Of a stretch of DNA of 64,000 nucleotides, positions 49,481 through 59,887 are shown piece by piece. Below the pieces are notes generated by a model, which saw only the letters and a list, made by a program, of their open reading frames with translations, ran no database searches and had not been told where the DNA came from. The first letter of the stretch is position 1; every line of letters starts with the position of its first letter. Origin of the DNA: Gammaproteobacteria bacterium (GTDB lineage: Bacteria > Pseudomonadota > Gammaproteobacteria > Steroidobacterales > Steroidobacteraceae); contig JANYLM010000086.1 in the NCBI GenBank assembly GCA_025357835.1, positions 2,009 through 66,008 of the forward strand. The letters run 5' to 3'. A program made the position numbers and the translations under genes.

Positions 49481-51625
49481 ATGATTAGATTCAAGATACG
49501 AACGGCGATGCTGGGAGCGATGGCGCTCTTTGCAATGGGCGCAATCAGTTTCACGGCACAGGCCGCGGATCCGCTCAAGCTCGAGTCAATCGACGTTCAG
49601 ACCTTATCGGGTCAACAGGTGCAGCTCAAACTGCACATGAGTGGCCCGGCTCCCGAGCCGCTGCCATTCACCATCGACAAGCCGGCGCGTATCGCGTTCG
49701 ACTTGCCGAACACCACCCTTTCGCTGGCATCACGGCGCATCGACGTGCATTCGGGCGGTGTGGACACGGTGGTCGCGGCCGAGGCCAACGGCCGCACTCG
49801 TTTGGTCGTCAACGTGGACTCCCTGTTGCCGTACACCACTCAAGTCGATGGCAATACCATCGTCGTCACTCTCGGCAGGCTGCCGGGAGACGCCGCCAAG
49901 CAGGCGGCCCAGGTACGCGCAGGTTCCGGTCAAGCCGCCACGGCGGTCGAACGCGCGATCCGCACCATCGATTTTCGGCGCGGCGCCGACGGCACGGGCC
50001 GGGTGATTGTGCAGCTCACGGATCCGCGCACTCCCGTCAATGTGCGTCAGGAAGGCAATCAAGTGGTGGTGGACTTCGCCGGCACCGTGATGCCGAAGAA
50101 TCTCATGCGCCGCTATGACGTCATGGATTTCGCGACGCCGGTGCAAACCGTCGATGCGCTGCGGGTGGAGAATAGTTCGCGTTTGGTGATCAGCGCCCAG
50201 GGCGACTTCGAGCAGCTGGCCTACCAATCCGACAATCAGTACACCATCGAGATCAAGCCGTCATTGAAGCGGGCAGCCGCTGACGAGAAGAAGGAATACA
50301 CCGGCGAGCGCCTGACGCTGAACTTCCAGGACATCGATGTGCGCTCGGTATTGCAGCTGCTGGCGGACACCAGCGGCCAGAACATCGTGGTCAGCGACTC
50401 GGTCACCGGCAATCTGACATTGCGCCTGCAGAATGTGCCTTGGGATCAAGCGCTCGATATCGTGTTGCGCACCAAGGGTCTGGATAAGCGCAGGCAGGAC
50501 AATGTCATCATCATCGGTCCGACGGCCGAACTCGCTTCGCGGGAAAAGGCCGAGCTTGCGGCGCGCAAGGAAGTGCAGGAGCTTTCGCCGACACGCACCG
50601 AGTTCATGCAGGTCAACTACGCCAAGGTCACGGACCTGGCGAAGCTGATCAAACCCACCGGCGGCGGCTCAAGCGGCACGAATTCCATGCTGTCGTCTCG
50701 CGGCAGCCTGTCTATCGACGAGCGCACCAATACTTTATTGGTGCAGGACACGGCGGACAAATTGGCCGACATCCGCCGCCTGGTGCAAACCTTGGACGTA
50801 CCGGTCAAGCAGGTTCTGATCGAGGCGCGCATCGTCATTGTAAGCGACACCTTCGAGCGCGACTTAGGCGCCCGCTTCGGCGTGACCAGTGCGCAGAAGA
50901 ACGGCAGCAACGGCCTGATATCGGTTACCGGCAAAGGCACCGGAGCGGACACCATGACTCAGTCCGGCATTGGTAACTTGGCGTCCAACGGCAAGGTCAC
51001 ACCCGTGACATCGCCCATCCTGGACAACCGCTACCAAGTGAATTTGCCGGCGGCGCATACCAATGGCAGCATCGGCATTTCGCTGCTCGGTGGCAGCTAC
51101 ATCGTCGATCTCGAGCTGACGGCGGCGCAGAACGAAGGCAAGAGCGAAACCATATCCTCGCCGCGCGTCATTACGGCGAACCAGAAAGAAGCGACCATCA
51201 TGCAGGGTGTCGAGATTCCGTATCAGCAATCGGCCTCGAGCGGAGCTACAACCACTCAATTCAAGAACGCCGTGCTGTCCCTCAAGGTGACGCCGCTGAT
51301 CACCCCCGATAACCGCGTGATTCTGGACCTCGACGTGTCCGACGACTCCGTCGGCCAGTTGGTGAGCAGCGCCACGGGAGGCAGCGTCCCCTCGATCGAT
51401 ACCCGGCAAATCATTACCCAAGTACTGGTCAACGACGGCCAGACCGTGGTTCTCGGCGGCATTCTCGATACCACCAAGTCGAAGTCGGCCAACAAAGTGC
51501 CCTGGCTGGGCGATATTCCCGTGCTGGGCAACCTGTTCAAGAGCACGACGAATGTCAACAACAAGACTGAACTCCTGATCTTCATCACGCCGAAAATCCT
51601 GCGTGAAGGGTCGAATCTCTATTAA
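49481..51625 (+). CDS. pilQ: Type IV pilus secretin PilQ
   Basis: Signal peptide, AMIN-like N-terminal repeats, and a secretin C-domain with VPWLGDIPVLGNLFKS and ELLIFITPKIL. Confidence 0.95.
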   Translation: MIRFKIRTAMLGAMALFAMGAISFTAQAADPLKLESIDVQTLSGQQVQLKLHMSGPAPEPLPFTIDKPARIAFDLPNTTLSLASRRIDVHSGGVDTVVAAEANGRTRLVVNVDSLLPYTTQVDGNTIVVTLGRLPGDAAKQAAQVRAGSGQAATAVERAIRTIDFRRGADGTGRVIVQLTDPRTPVNVRQEGNQVVVDFAGTVMPKNLMRRYDVMDFATPVQTVDALRVENSSRLVISAQGDFEQLAYQSDNQYTIEIKPSLKRAAADEKKEYTGERLTLNFQDIDVRSVLQLLADTSGQNIVVSDSVTGNLTLRLQNVPWDQALDIVLRTKGLDKRRQDNVIIIGPTAELASREKAELAARKEVQELSPTRTEFMQVNYAKVTDLAKLIKPTGGGSSGTNSMLSSRGSLSIDERTNTLLVQDTADKLADIRRLVQTLDVPVKQVLIEARIVIVSDTFERDLGARFGVTSAQKNGSNGLISVTGKGTGADTMTQSGIGNLASNGKVTPVTSPILDNRYQVNLPAAHTNGSIGISLLGGSYIVDLELTAAQNEGKSETISSPRVITANQKEATIMQGVEIPYQQSASSGATTTQFKNAVLSLKVTPLITPDNRVILDLDVSDDSVGQLVSSATGGSVPSIDTRQIITQVLVNDGQTVVLGGILDTTKSKSANKVPWLGDIPVLGNLFKSTTNVNNKTELLIFITPKILREGSNLY

Positions 51626-51663
51626 TTGCGAACACCGACTTCGGTCGGGCGAGGATGAATGAT

Positions 51664-53478
51664 ATGCGTAGACTATCGGTTATGGCTTTGTGCGCCGCAG
51701 CGCTGCTGGCAGGCTGCGGCGGCGGATCCACAACGATCGGCGCGGCGAGTGCGGGTGGCACAGGTGGCACAGGTGGCACAGGTGGCACAGGTGGTACTAA
51801 GACGACCTACTCGATGGGTAATGGCAGCGGCAGCGGCTTCCAGTCGGGAATGATCCAGCTTTCCAGCACTACTCTGTCGGCAGGCGGCACGGCCAGTCTC
51901 GGTGTGACGATGGTCGACCAGACCGGCACGCTGTACACGGGCTCAGCCGTCACGGTGACGTTCAACTCTCCCTGCGTGGCGCAAGGACTTGCGACCATAA
52001 CCGCTGCCGGGAGCAGCACTGCGGGAGCTACTGCCGGTACGGTGGTCACTTCGAACGGCAGTGTCAGCGCGACTTACACTGCAAAGGGCTGTAGTGGCGC
52101 GGATGTCATCACGGCGAGCGCGACGGTTGTCAGTACGAGTCTGACGGCCACCGGTACGTTAACCGTGGCTGCGGCTGCGATTGGGTCTATCCAGTTCGTG
52201 TCTGCTTCGCCGGTCACGATAGGACTGAAAGGCACTGGGCTGGCGGAAACTTCCACAGTCATCTTCAAGGTAGTGGATGCGACGGGAGGCCCTCGACCGG
52301 GCGTCAGTGTCTCGTTCAATCTCAATACGACGGTGGGTGGGATCAGTCTTTCGCCGGCCAATGCAACTACCGCTGCCGACGGAACCGTGCAAACCGTCGT
52401 GAGTTCCGGTACTCAGCATACGTCGGTCCGCGTGACGGCTGCCATCGCATCGCCGGCGCTCAGCACTCAGTCGAGTGTGTTGACGGTCACTACCGGGTTG
52501 CCGGCTTCGGCTGGTTTCTCGATAGCGGTAGGAGCACCAAGCTACGCCTCCTCCGGGCTGGCCTGCCCGAATGTGGAAGCGCATGACACCGACGGCGTCA
52601 CTGTTCCGGTCACGGTAAGGCTGTCTGACCGGTATAACAATCCGGCGCCGGACGGCACTTCCGTTGCGTTCAATACCAATGGCGGGCACGTCGTCGGCGC
52701 TTGTGCGACTCCCTCAGCCCCTGGTGCGGCAGACGGCACGTGCACGGTGCTCTGGACCAGCGCGAATCCACGCCCCCAGCTCAACAGCGACATCCCGGCC
52801 CTGCTAGCGGCGGGCCGCGCAACGATTCTGGCGACAGCGATCGGCGAGGAGACCTTTACCGATACAAACGGCAACGGCTACTGGGATCCGGGTGAACCTT
52901 TCGTTCACCTGGGCGAGCCGTACCGCGATGACAACGAGAATAACGCCTACGATTCAGGCGAATACTTCCTGGATTTCAACCAGAACGGGGTGCGGGACGC
53001 CCCAGACCCCTCCGCGACAGCGTTCAAGGGAATCACCTGCACGGGCAGCCCGGCGACCTGCAGCACCTCGACGCTGGCCATCGGTGTGTCGCACTTGCTG
53101 ATCATGTCAACCGCCGCTGCGAACGTTGTAATCACCAGCGCTCCGGGTTTCGGGGGCCCTCCCCTGACGATCGTTCGCAGCGGCGTGCCTCCAGCAGCAC
53201 CCCACACTGGTACGATCAACTTCAACGTGGGGGACTTGAACAACAATCCGATGGCTGCCGGCACGACGGTGAGCGTAACAGCGGATTCGGCCGTCGGAAC
53301 GATCAGCGGGCCTGGAGCCTCTTGGACGATCGGGTGCCGCACGGCGGTCGGCGGGGAGGCGCTCTCGGTGACCCTGACCGCACCTGCAAACCCTGGGTCG
53401 GGCAACATTACGATTTCAGTGACATCGCCCGGCACGAAGACTGTCTCGGTATTCACCATTGCGGTACAGGTGACCTAG
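51664..53478 (+). CDS. Large lipoprotein with several bacterial Ig-like (invasin/Big-type) beta-rich repeats and two DxNxNGxxD Ca-binding-like loops; it lies between pilQ and aroK
   Basis: Lipobox ALCAAALLAGC|GG and a (GGT)n linker, followed by at least 4 T/S/V/A/G-rich segments of about 100 aa (e.g. LSAGGTASLGVTMVDQTGTLYTGSAVTVTF...). The loops are DTNGNGYWD and DFNQNGVRD. The ATG at 51664 sits 9 nt from GAGG (alternative ATG at 51655). The domain assignment is by eye only. Confidence 0.75.
   Translation: MRRLSVMALCAAALLAGCGGGSTTIGAASAGGTGGTGGTGGTGGTKTTYSMGNGSGSGFQSGMIQLSSTTLSAGGTASLGVTMVDQTGTLYTGSAVTVTFNSPCVAQGLATITAAGSSTAGATAGTVVTSNGSVSATYTAKGCSGADVITASATVVSTSLTATGTLTVAAAAIGSIQFVSASPVTIGLKGTGLAETSTVIFKVVDATGGPRPGVSVSFNLNTTVGGISLSPANATTAADGTVQTVVSSGTQHTSVRVTAAIASPALSTQSSVLTVTTGLPASAGFSIAVGAPSYASSGLACPNVEAHDTDGVTVPVTVRLSDRYNNPAPDGTSVAFNTNGGHVVGACATPSAPGAADGTCTVLWTSANPRPQLNSDIPALLAAGRATILATAIGEETFTDTNGNGYWDPGEPFVHLGEPYRDDNENNAYDSGEYFLDFNQNGVRDAPDPSATAFKGITCTGSPATCSTSTLAIGVSHLLIMSTAAANVVITSAPGFGGPPLTIVRSGVPPAAPHTGTINFNVGDLNNNPMAAGTTVSVTADSAVGTISGPGASWTIGCRTAVGGEALSVTLTAPANPGSGNITISVTSPGTKTVSVFTIAVQVT
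51754..51798 (+). repeat. Tandem 9-bp repeat (ggtggcaca x4 plus one degenerate copy) encoding (GGT)n in the lipoprotein linker
   Basis: Read directly: ggtggcaca repeats perfectly at 51754, 51763, 51772 and 51781, followed by ggtggtact. Confidence 0.9.
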
Positions 53479-53506
53479 GCTTGAGCCTCGACGGCTAAGC
53501 GTAAGT

Positions 53507-53538
53507 AGCGGCCGCCCTCGGGCGGCCGCTTCATTTCT
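53507..53538 (+). terminator. Rho-independent terminator after the pilQ-linked lipoprotein gene
   Basis: AGCGGCCGCC-ctcg-GGCGGCCGCT forms a 10-11 bp GC stem, followed by TCATTTCT. It lies 29 nt after the stop at 53478. Confidence 0.6.
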
Positions 53539-53617
53539 GCGTGCCGCGAGCGCAATCGAATGACCTGCCGAGGACAGCCTGCCGCTGCGCGTCCCAGTCG
53601 ACTATGATCTGCGGCCA

Positions 53618-54145
53618 ATGGTCTCCAAGCACAACATCTTTCTCATCGGGCCCATGGGTTCGGGCAAGACCGCCGTGGGGCGGCATCTCGCCCGCATGCT
53701 GCACTTCACCTTTCACGACAGCGATTCGGACATCGAAGCTAAAACCGGCGTGGATATCGCATTCATTTTCGACAAGGAGGGCGAGGCCGGCTTCCGGGTC
53801 CGCGAAAGGGAGTCCATCGGGCGCCTGACGCGTTTGGAGTCCATCGTGCTGGCCACCGGGGGCGGCGCCGTGATCGAGGAGGACAATCGCCGCGTGCTGG
53901 CCGAGCGCGGCGTGGTGGTCTATCTCGCGACCTCCATCGATCAACAGCTCGAACGCACGCGGCATGGGCGGCACCGGCCACTGCTGAACGACACGGATCC
54001 CGAGCAAAAGCTCCATGACTTGATGCTGCGCCGGGCAGCTCTCTATTCCGTAATAGCCGATATCACGGTTTCCACCGACGGCCGAAGGGTGCAGCTGGTG
54101 GCGGAGGAAATCCACCACAAGCTTCGGCAGGCACAGCTGCCTTAA
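53618..54145 (+). CDS. aroK: Shikimate kinase
   Basis: IFLIGPMGSGKTAVGRHLA and LATGGGAV, in the pilQ...aroK-aroB context. Confidence 0.95.
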   Translation: MVSKHNIFLIGPMGSGKTAVGRHLARMLHFTFHDSDSDIEAKTGVDIAFIFDKEGEAGFRVRERESIGRLTRLESIVLATGGGAVIEEDNRRVLAERGVVVYLATSIDQQLERTRHGRHRPLLNDTDPEQKLHDLMLRRAALYSVIADITVSTDGRRVQLVAEEIHHKLRQAQLP

Positions 54146-54164
54146 GCTTCGTATAATCCACGCC

Positions 54165-55241
54165 GTGCAAACGCTTCAGGTAGACGTCGGGCATTCCCGC
54201 TATCCCATCTCCATAGGCTCGGGGTTGCTGGCCCATCGCGAGTTGCTGGATACGCACATTCGCGGGCGCGATTTGTTGGTCGTGACCAATACCACCGTGG
54301 CGCGTCTATATCTCGCGAAATTGGCGGGCGGATTAGGCGCCCGGAGGGTGGCCGAGTGCATATTGCCGGACGGCGAACAACACAAGACGCTGCAAACCGC
54401 CGGCCGAGTGTTCGATGCGCTGGTAGCCAAGAAAATGAATCGCGATGCCACGGTACTCGCCTTGGGGGGCGGAGTGGTCGGCGACATCGCCGGCTTTGCG
54501 GCGGCCAGCTACCAACGTGGGATCGGCTATGTGCAACTCCCGACCACGTTGCTCGCCCAAGTCGACTCTTCCGTCGGCGGCAAGACCGGAGTGAATCATC
54601 CGGGTGGTAAGAATCTGATCGGCGCCTTTTACCAGCCATTGTGCGTCATCGCGGACACTGACACTCTCGCTACGCTCCCAGACCGAGAACTGAGGGCCGG
54701 CCTTGCCGAAGTGATCAAGTATGGCTGCGTGTGGGATCCATTGCTGTTCGATTGGCTGGATCGCAACATGGCCAAACTGCTGCAACGGGACGTCGAGGCG
54801 CTGACCTACGCCATCGCAAGATCCTGCGAGATCAAGGCGACGGTGGTCGCCAGGGACGAACGCGAGCACAATCTGCGGGCGATCTTGAACTTCGGCCACA
54901 CTTTTGGTCATGCTATGGAGGCCGCGACCGATTTCCGGACCTACTTGCATGGTGAGGCGGTGGGCTTAGGGATGCTGGTTGCGGCGGCCTTGTCGCAACG
55001 CCTGGGATTGATCGACGCCGCAATCAAGGACCGTATCCGCGATATCTTAGGCAAAGCCGGACTACCCACCGAGGCGCCGCGCATCGGGGCCGCCAAGGCG
55101 CTGGAATTTATGCAAATGGATAAGAAGGTGCAAGCCGGCACGATACGCCTGGTACTGCTGGAAAAACTCGGCCGGGCCATTGTGACGGCGAGCTACGCCC
55201 AAGCGGCGCTCCACGCCACGCTCGAGGAATACTTCGCGTGA
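54165..55241 (+). CDS. aroB: 3-dehydroquinate synthase
   Basis: GTG start, with [35 protein letters not shown] and FGHTFGHA. Confidence 0.95.
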   Translation: MQTLQVDVGHSRYPISIGSGLLAHRELLDTHIRGRDLLVVTNTTVARLYLAKLAGGLGARRVAECILPDGEQHKTLQTAGRVFDALVAKKMNRDATVLALGGGVVGDIAGFAAASYQRGIGYVQLPTTLLAQVDSSVGGKTGVNHPGGKNLIGAFYQPLCVIADTDTLATLPDRELRAGLAEVIKYGCVWDPLLFDWLDRNMAKLLQRDVEALTYAIARSCEIKATVVARDEREHNLRAILNFGHTFGHAMEAATDFRTYLHGEAVGLGMLVAAALSQRLGLIDAAIKDRIRDILGKAGLPTEAPRIGAAKALEFMQMDKKVQAGTIRLVLLEKLGRAIVTASYAQAALHATLEEYFA

Positions 55242-56389
55242 GCGCTCTGGCGGCCTATGCGGCCCTCGACGCGCATTCGCGCGGCCGCCGCTACCCTGAA
55301 GCGAAACCCGCCTACCGTTCGGAATATCAGCGGGACCGCGATCGCATCGTGCATTCGACCGCCTTCCGCCGCCTGGTTTACAAGACTCAAGTCTTCGTCA
55401 ATCACGAAGGCGATTTGTACAGAACGCGGCTGACGCACTCCCTCGAAGTGGCGCAGATTGCGCGTACCATCGCCGGGGCGCTCAAGCTCAACGAAGTGCT
55501 ATCCGAGGCGATTTGCCTCGCGCATGATCTGGGACATACCCCTTTCGGACACGCCGGACAAGATGCATTGAACGAATGCATGACGGATTTCGGCGGCTTC
55601 GAGCACAATCTGCAGTCCTTAAGGGTGGTCGATGAGCTCGAGGAGCACTACGCGGATTTCGACGGGCTGAACTTGAGTTTCGAATGCCGCGAAGGCATTC
55701 TCAAACATTGCTCGTACAACAATGCGATTCAACTGGGCGAAATAGGCGAACGCTTCATCAACCGCCGGCAGCCGGGTCTCGAGGCCCAGCTCGCGAATTT
55801 TGCCGACGAAATCGCGTACAACAATCACGATGTGGAGGATGGCATCCGTGCCGGCTTCATCACCTTGGAGCAGTTGTTGGCGGTACCGCTATTCCGCAAG
55901 TATCACGCCGAAGTGCAGGAGAAGTACCCGGCGCTGGTGGGCCGGCGGCAGGTGTATGAAATCCTGCGGCGGATGATCAATCATTTGGTCAGCGATTTGA
56001 TCGATTCTTCGGCGGCGCGGCTCAGTGCATCGGGCGTCAGGTCCATAGCCGAAGTCCGATCGCAGCCGGGGCCGTTAATCGGCTTTAGCGACGCCACGCG
56101 TGAATTGAATTATTCTCTGAAAACATTTTTGCGCGAATATCTGTACAAGCACTACCGGGTCAGGCGTATGACGGCCAAGGCGCGCCGCGTCATCGCTACG
56201 CTTTTCGAAACGTTTTTCAACGATCCCACCCTGATGCCGGACGAACACAAGGCAACGGGCTCGCGGCTGGAATTGGTGCAAGGCCCGGCTGGCCGCGCCC
56301 GCGCGGTGGCCGACTACATTGCGGGCATGACCGATCGCTACGCCATTCTCGAGCATCGTCGCCTGTTCGATCCCGGCGAACGTACTTGA
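55238..56389 (+). CDS. dgt: Deoxyguanosinetriphosphate triphosphohydrolase-like protein (HD domain)
   Basis: The GTG overlaps the aroB stop. Contains [37 protein letters not shown] and [11 protein letters not shown]. Confidence 0.9.
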   Translation: MSALAAYAALDAHSRGRRYPEAKPAYRSEYQRDRDRIVHSTAFRRLVYKTQVFVNHEGDLYRTRLTHSLEVAQIARTIAGALKLNEVLSEAICLAHDLGHTPFGHAGQDALNECMTDFGGFEHNLQSLRVVDELEEHYADFDGLNLSFECREGILKHCSYNNAIQLGEIGERFINRRQPGLEAQLANFADEIAYNNHDVEDGIRAGFITLEQLLAVPLFRKYHAEVQEKYPALVGRRQVYEILRRMINHLVSDLIDSSAARLSASGVRSIAEVRSQPGPLIGFSDATRELNYSLKTFLREYLYKHYRVRRMTAKARRVIATLFETFFNDPTLMPDEHKATGSRLELVQGPAGRARAVADYIAGMTDRYAILEHRRLFDPGERT

Positions 56390-56435
56390 GCGCCGTAACA
56401 ACCGCTGCGGCGTGAGCCAAATAGAGCATCGTGAT

Positions 56436-57512
56436 ATGAGCTCCATCTTAAAGAACGACTTACTGCTGCGGGCTTTGCTACGCGAACCTACGCCGCGCCG
56501 GCCGATTTGGCTGATGCGCCAGGCTGGCCGCTATCTGCCGGAGTATCGCGCGACGCGGGCGCGAGCCGGCGGCTTTCTGCAGATGTGCACCAATCCTGAC
56601 ATCGCATGCGAAATCACCCTGCAACCAATCGATCGATTTCCACTGGACGCCGCAATTTTGTTTTCGGACATCCTCACGATTCCGCATGCCATGGATTTGG
56701 GGTTGGAATTCGAGGCCGGCGAGGGGCCTAAATTCGAACGTCCGGTGCGATCCGCGGCCGATATCGACAAGCTGGGTGTGCCGGATCCGGGCCATGATCT
56801 TAAGTACGTGATCGACGCCGTGGCACTGGTGCGTCGCGAACTCAATGGCAGAGTACCTCTTATCGGCTTCGCCGGAAGCCCGTGGACGGTGGCCACTTAC
56901 ATGGTGGAAGGCGGCGGCAGCAAGACCTTCGGCCAGATCAAGCGCATGATGTACGAGGCGCCGCGAGATCTGCATCGATTGCTCGAATTGCTCGCGAAGG
57001 CCACTATTGTTTACCTCAATGCGCAAATCGCCGCCGGAGCGCAGGCGGTGATGCTGTTCGATACCTGGGGCGGCGTACTGACGCCGCTGCAGTATGAAGA
57101 ATTCTCGCTGCGCTACATGGCCGAGGTGGTCGACGCGCTGACGCGCGAGGCCGGCGGGCGCCGTGTGCCCAACATTGTGTTCACCAAGGGCGGCGGAGCC
57201 TGGGTAAAGAAAATAGCGGCCATCGGCTGCGACGCCGTCGGCATCGATTGGACCACGGACCTCGCCTCGGCGCGGCACGCGGTCGAGGGCCGTGTGGCCT
57301 TGCAAGGCAATTTAGACCCTGCCGCTCTGTTCGCGCCGCCGGAGACATTGCGCGCGGAGACCCTGCGAGTGCTTGCGAGCTACGGTGAAGGCGTCGGGCA
57401 TGTCTTCAACTTGGGCCACGGCATTACCCCGGATGTCGACCCCGAACAGGTCGCGATACTGGTAGACACCGTCCAGAACTATGGTTTGGGCGGGCAGCCG
57501 AAAGAGGGGTAG
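56436..57512 (+). CDS. hemE: Uroporphyrinogen decarboxylase
   Basis: The ATG at 56436 ([37 protein letters not shown]) is preferred to the upstream GTG. Also contains FDTWGG. Confidence 0.95.
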   Translation: MSSILKNDLLLRALLREPTPRRPIWLMRQAGRYLPEYRATRARAGGFLQMCTNPDIACEITLQPIDRFPLDAAILFSDILTIPHAMDLGLEFEAGEGPKFERPVRSAADIDKLGVPDPGHDLKYVIDAVALVRRELNGRVPLIGFAGSPWTVATYMVEGGGSKTFGQIKRMMYEAPRDLHRLLELLAKATIVYLNAQIAAGAQAVMLFDTWGGVLTPLQYEEFSLRYMAEVVDALTREAGGRRVPNIVFTKGGGAWVKKIAAIGCDAVGIDWTTDLASARHAVEGRVALQGNLDPAALFAPPETLRAETLRVLASYGEGVGHVFNLGHGITPDVDPEQVAILVDTVQNYGLGGQPKEG

Positions 57513-57539
57513 AAATTTGTTAGCTCGCGCGGAGAGCAC

Positions 57540-59240
57540 CTACGCGGGCGGCGCAGCGGCAGCGGCAGGGGTGGCAGCGCGTAGCTCGTCACGAAGTGCG
57601 CGGCGCAGTATCTTGCCGACATTGGTCTTGGGCAGCTCACTGCGAAAGTAGACATGCCGCGGCACCTTGTACCCCGTCAATTCAGTGCGGCAATACGCGA
57701 TCAAGGCTTCTGCGGTGAGGTTCGGGTGCTTCTTGACAACGAACAGCGCGACCACTTCTCCAGAATTCTCGTCAGGCTGCGCGACCGCGGCGACTTCCAG
57801 CACGCCGGGATGCGCCGCTGCGACGCTTTCGATTTCATTCGGATACACATTGAAGCCGGACACTAGAATCATGTCCTTCTTTCGATCCTCGATGAATACG
57901 AAGCCGTCGGCATTTATGCGGCCGATGTCACCGGTGCGCAGCCAGTCGCCGAACATCACCTTTTCGGTCTCATCCGGCCGATTCCAATAGCCGCGCATGA
58001 CCTGCGGCCCGAATACGCAGATCTCGCCCACCGCATTCACCGGCACCTCTTTGCCGTCGTCGTCACGAATCGAGATATCTGTCGATGGGATCGGCAGGCC
58101 GATGGAGCCGTTGAAATCTAGCCCCATCGGATTGATGCAGGCGGCGGGCGAGGTCTCGGTCAGTCCCCATGCCTGGGTGAGAACATTACCCGTGACTTTT
58201 TTCCAACGTTCCGCAACTACTGACTGCACCGCCATGCCGCCGCCCAGAGTGATGCGCAGTTCGCTGAAGTTCACGGAATCGAATCCCGGAGTATGCAGCA
58301 GAGCGTTGAATAGCGTGTTGACTCCGCTGATGAAAAAGAATTTGTATTTCTTGAGCTCGGCCACGAAGGCGGGGAAATCCCGCGGATTGGTGATCAGGAT
58401 GCTGTGTGCGCCTAATCGCACAAACAGCAGGCAATTGGCGGTGAGCGAGAAGATGTGATACAGCGGCAGCGCGGTGATGACGATTCCCGCCGTCCGGTTT
58501 TTCAGGGCGGGTGTGATCCAGGCATCTGCCTGTAGTACGTTCGCTACCATATTGCGATGGGTGAGAATCGCGGCCTTGGCGACGCCGGTGGTGCCGCCCG
58601 TGTACTGCAGGAAGGCGATGTCCTGAGGGCCCAGGGGGACACGGTCGAGTTTGAGTCCGAGGCCGCCGCCTAATGCGCTTTTGAAGGTCGAGGCACCCGG
58701 CATCTTCCACTCCGGAATCTGTTTGCGCAGGTACTTCAGCACGAAATTCACGATGAAACCGCGCGGCACTCCCAATAGGTCGCCGATGCGGGTGACCAAT
58801 ACTTTTTTCAAATCCGTGCGCGGCAGCACTTGCTGCAGCACATGCATGAAATTCTCGACGATGACGATGGCCTTCGCTCCGGAGTCCTTCAACTGATGCT
58901 CCAATTCTCGGGCGGTATAGAGCGGATTGGTGTTGACGACCACCATGCCGGCGCGCAGCACGCCGAACAGCGCGATGGGGTATTGCAGGGTATTGGGCAT
59001 CATGAGCGCCACACGATCCCCCGCCACCAGACCGGATTTATGCTGCAGCCAGGCGGCAAACGCGCGACTGAGCTCGTCGAGTTGGGCATAGGTCAATGTC
59101 GCGCCCATGTTGGTGAAGGCAGGGGAATGGCCGTTGGCGGCGCATGCTTCCTCGAAAATATCCCGCAGCGAGGCATAGCTGTCGGGGTCGATGTCCGCCG
59201 GCACACCAGGAAGGTATTGCTTCAGCCAATTTCGATCCAC
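57540..59240 (-). CDS. fadD: Long-chain-fatty-acid--CoA ligase
   Basis: The GTG at 59240 has a GGAG RBS (VDRNWLKQYLPGVPADID, a typical FadD N-terminus). Contains the AMP-binding motif YTGGTTGVAKAA, plus TGDIGR and GKILRR. Confidence 0.85.
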   Translation of the reverse strand: MDRNWLKQYLPGVPADIDPDSYASLRDIFEEACAANGHSPAFTNMGATLTYAQLDELSRAFAAWLQHKSGLVAGDRVALMMPNTLQYPIALFGVLRAGMVVVNTNPLYTARELEHQLKDSGAKAIVIVENFMHVLQQVLPRTDLKKVLVTRIGDLLGVPRGFIVNFVLKYLRKQIPEWKMPGASTFKSALGGGLGLKLDRVPLGPQDIAFLQYTGGTTGVAKAAILTHRNMVANVLQADAWITPALKNRTAGIVITALPLYHIFSLTANCLLFVRLGAHSILITNPRDFPAFVAELKKYKFFFISGVNTLFNALLHTPGFDSVNFSELRITLGGGMAVQSVVAERWKKVTGNVLTQAWGLTETSPAACINPMGLDFNGSIGLPIPSTDISIRDDDGKEVPVNAVGEICVFGPQVMRGYWNRPDETEKVMFGDWLRTGDIGRINADGFVFIEDRKKDMILVSGFNVYPNEIESVAAAHPGVLEVAAVAQPDENSGEVVALFVVKKHPNLTAEALIAYCRTELTGYKVPRHVYFRSELPKTNVGKILRRALRDELRAATPAAAAAPPA

Positions 59241-59373
59241 GCCCTTACTCCTCGTTTTTGTTCCGCGTGTATAGCATCCGCTCACGATGCCAGCAATGTT
59301 CTCGCTCGGCGGGAGTAAACTTGTGGTCATGATCGACCCCACGCTTAACCACACCCATAACCGTCATTTTTAT

Positions 59374-59811
59374 ATGCGAGGCCGACGTCCGGGAGCAGAC
59401 TGGCGGCATGGAGCAGCCTCCATGTGCCTTTGGCGGCTGTCATTCATTGCCGCGTATCTGGGGTTGTCGGGCTGCGTAATCGGTTACGGTCCCTGCCTAT
59501 TGCAGCAACCGCTCAAAAATACGCTTTCCGGGCGAGTTCACTTTCGCGACTACCCCGCGGCCGACGGGGTGGACAATGTGCCGGTGCTGGCTCTGGATAA
59601 GACCGCCTATATTTATGCTCCGGCGCAGAGCCATCATTGCTTGGCGGCGAACGACCTGCAGTTGCTTGGAGTGGCGGAATTTCCGCCGAACGTCATCGAG
59701 AATTCACATGTCAACGTGGATGGCGTACTGTTTCAGGCGGGGTCGGGCCGCGAGCACACCCCGTTTGTAATGAATGTGACCACCATACTGCCCGTCACCA
59801 ACCCCCACTGA
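59374..59811 (+). CDS. Hypothetical lipoprotein
   Basis: MRGRRPGADWRHGAASMCLWRLSFIAAYLGLSGC|V carries a lipobox (alternative ATG at 59422). No family recognised. Confidence 0.5.
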   Translation: MRGRRPGADWRHGAASMCLWRLSFIAAYLGLSGCVIGYGPCLLQQPLKNTLSGRVHFRDYPAADGVDNVPVLALDKTAYIYAPAQSHHCLAANDLQLLGVAEFPPNVIENSHVNVDGVLFQAGSGREHTPFVMNVTTILPVTNPH

Positions 59812-59887
59812 GGCTGGAGAGGGGATTCGTGGCGGATCCGTTTACAATTCAACGCTGAACTTTAATTCAACCAGGGAGTGACATTTC

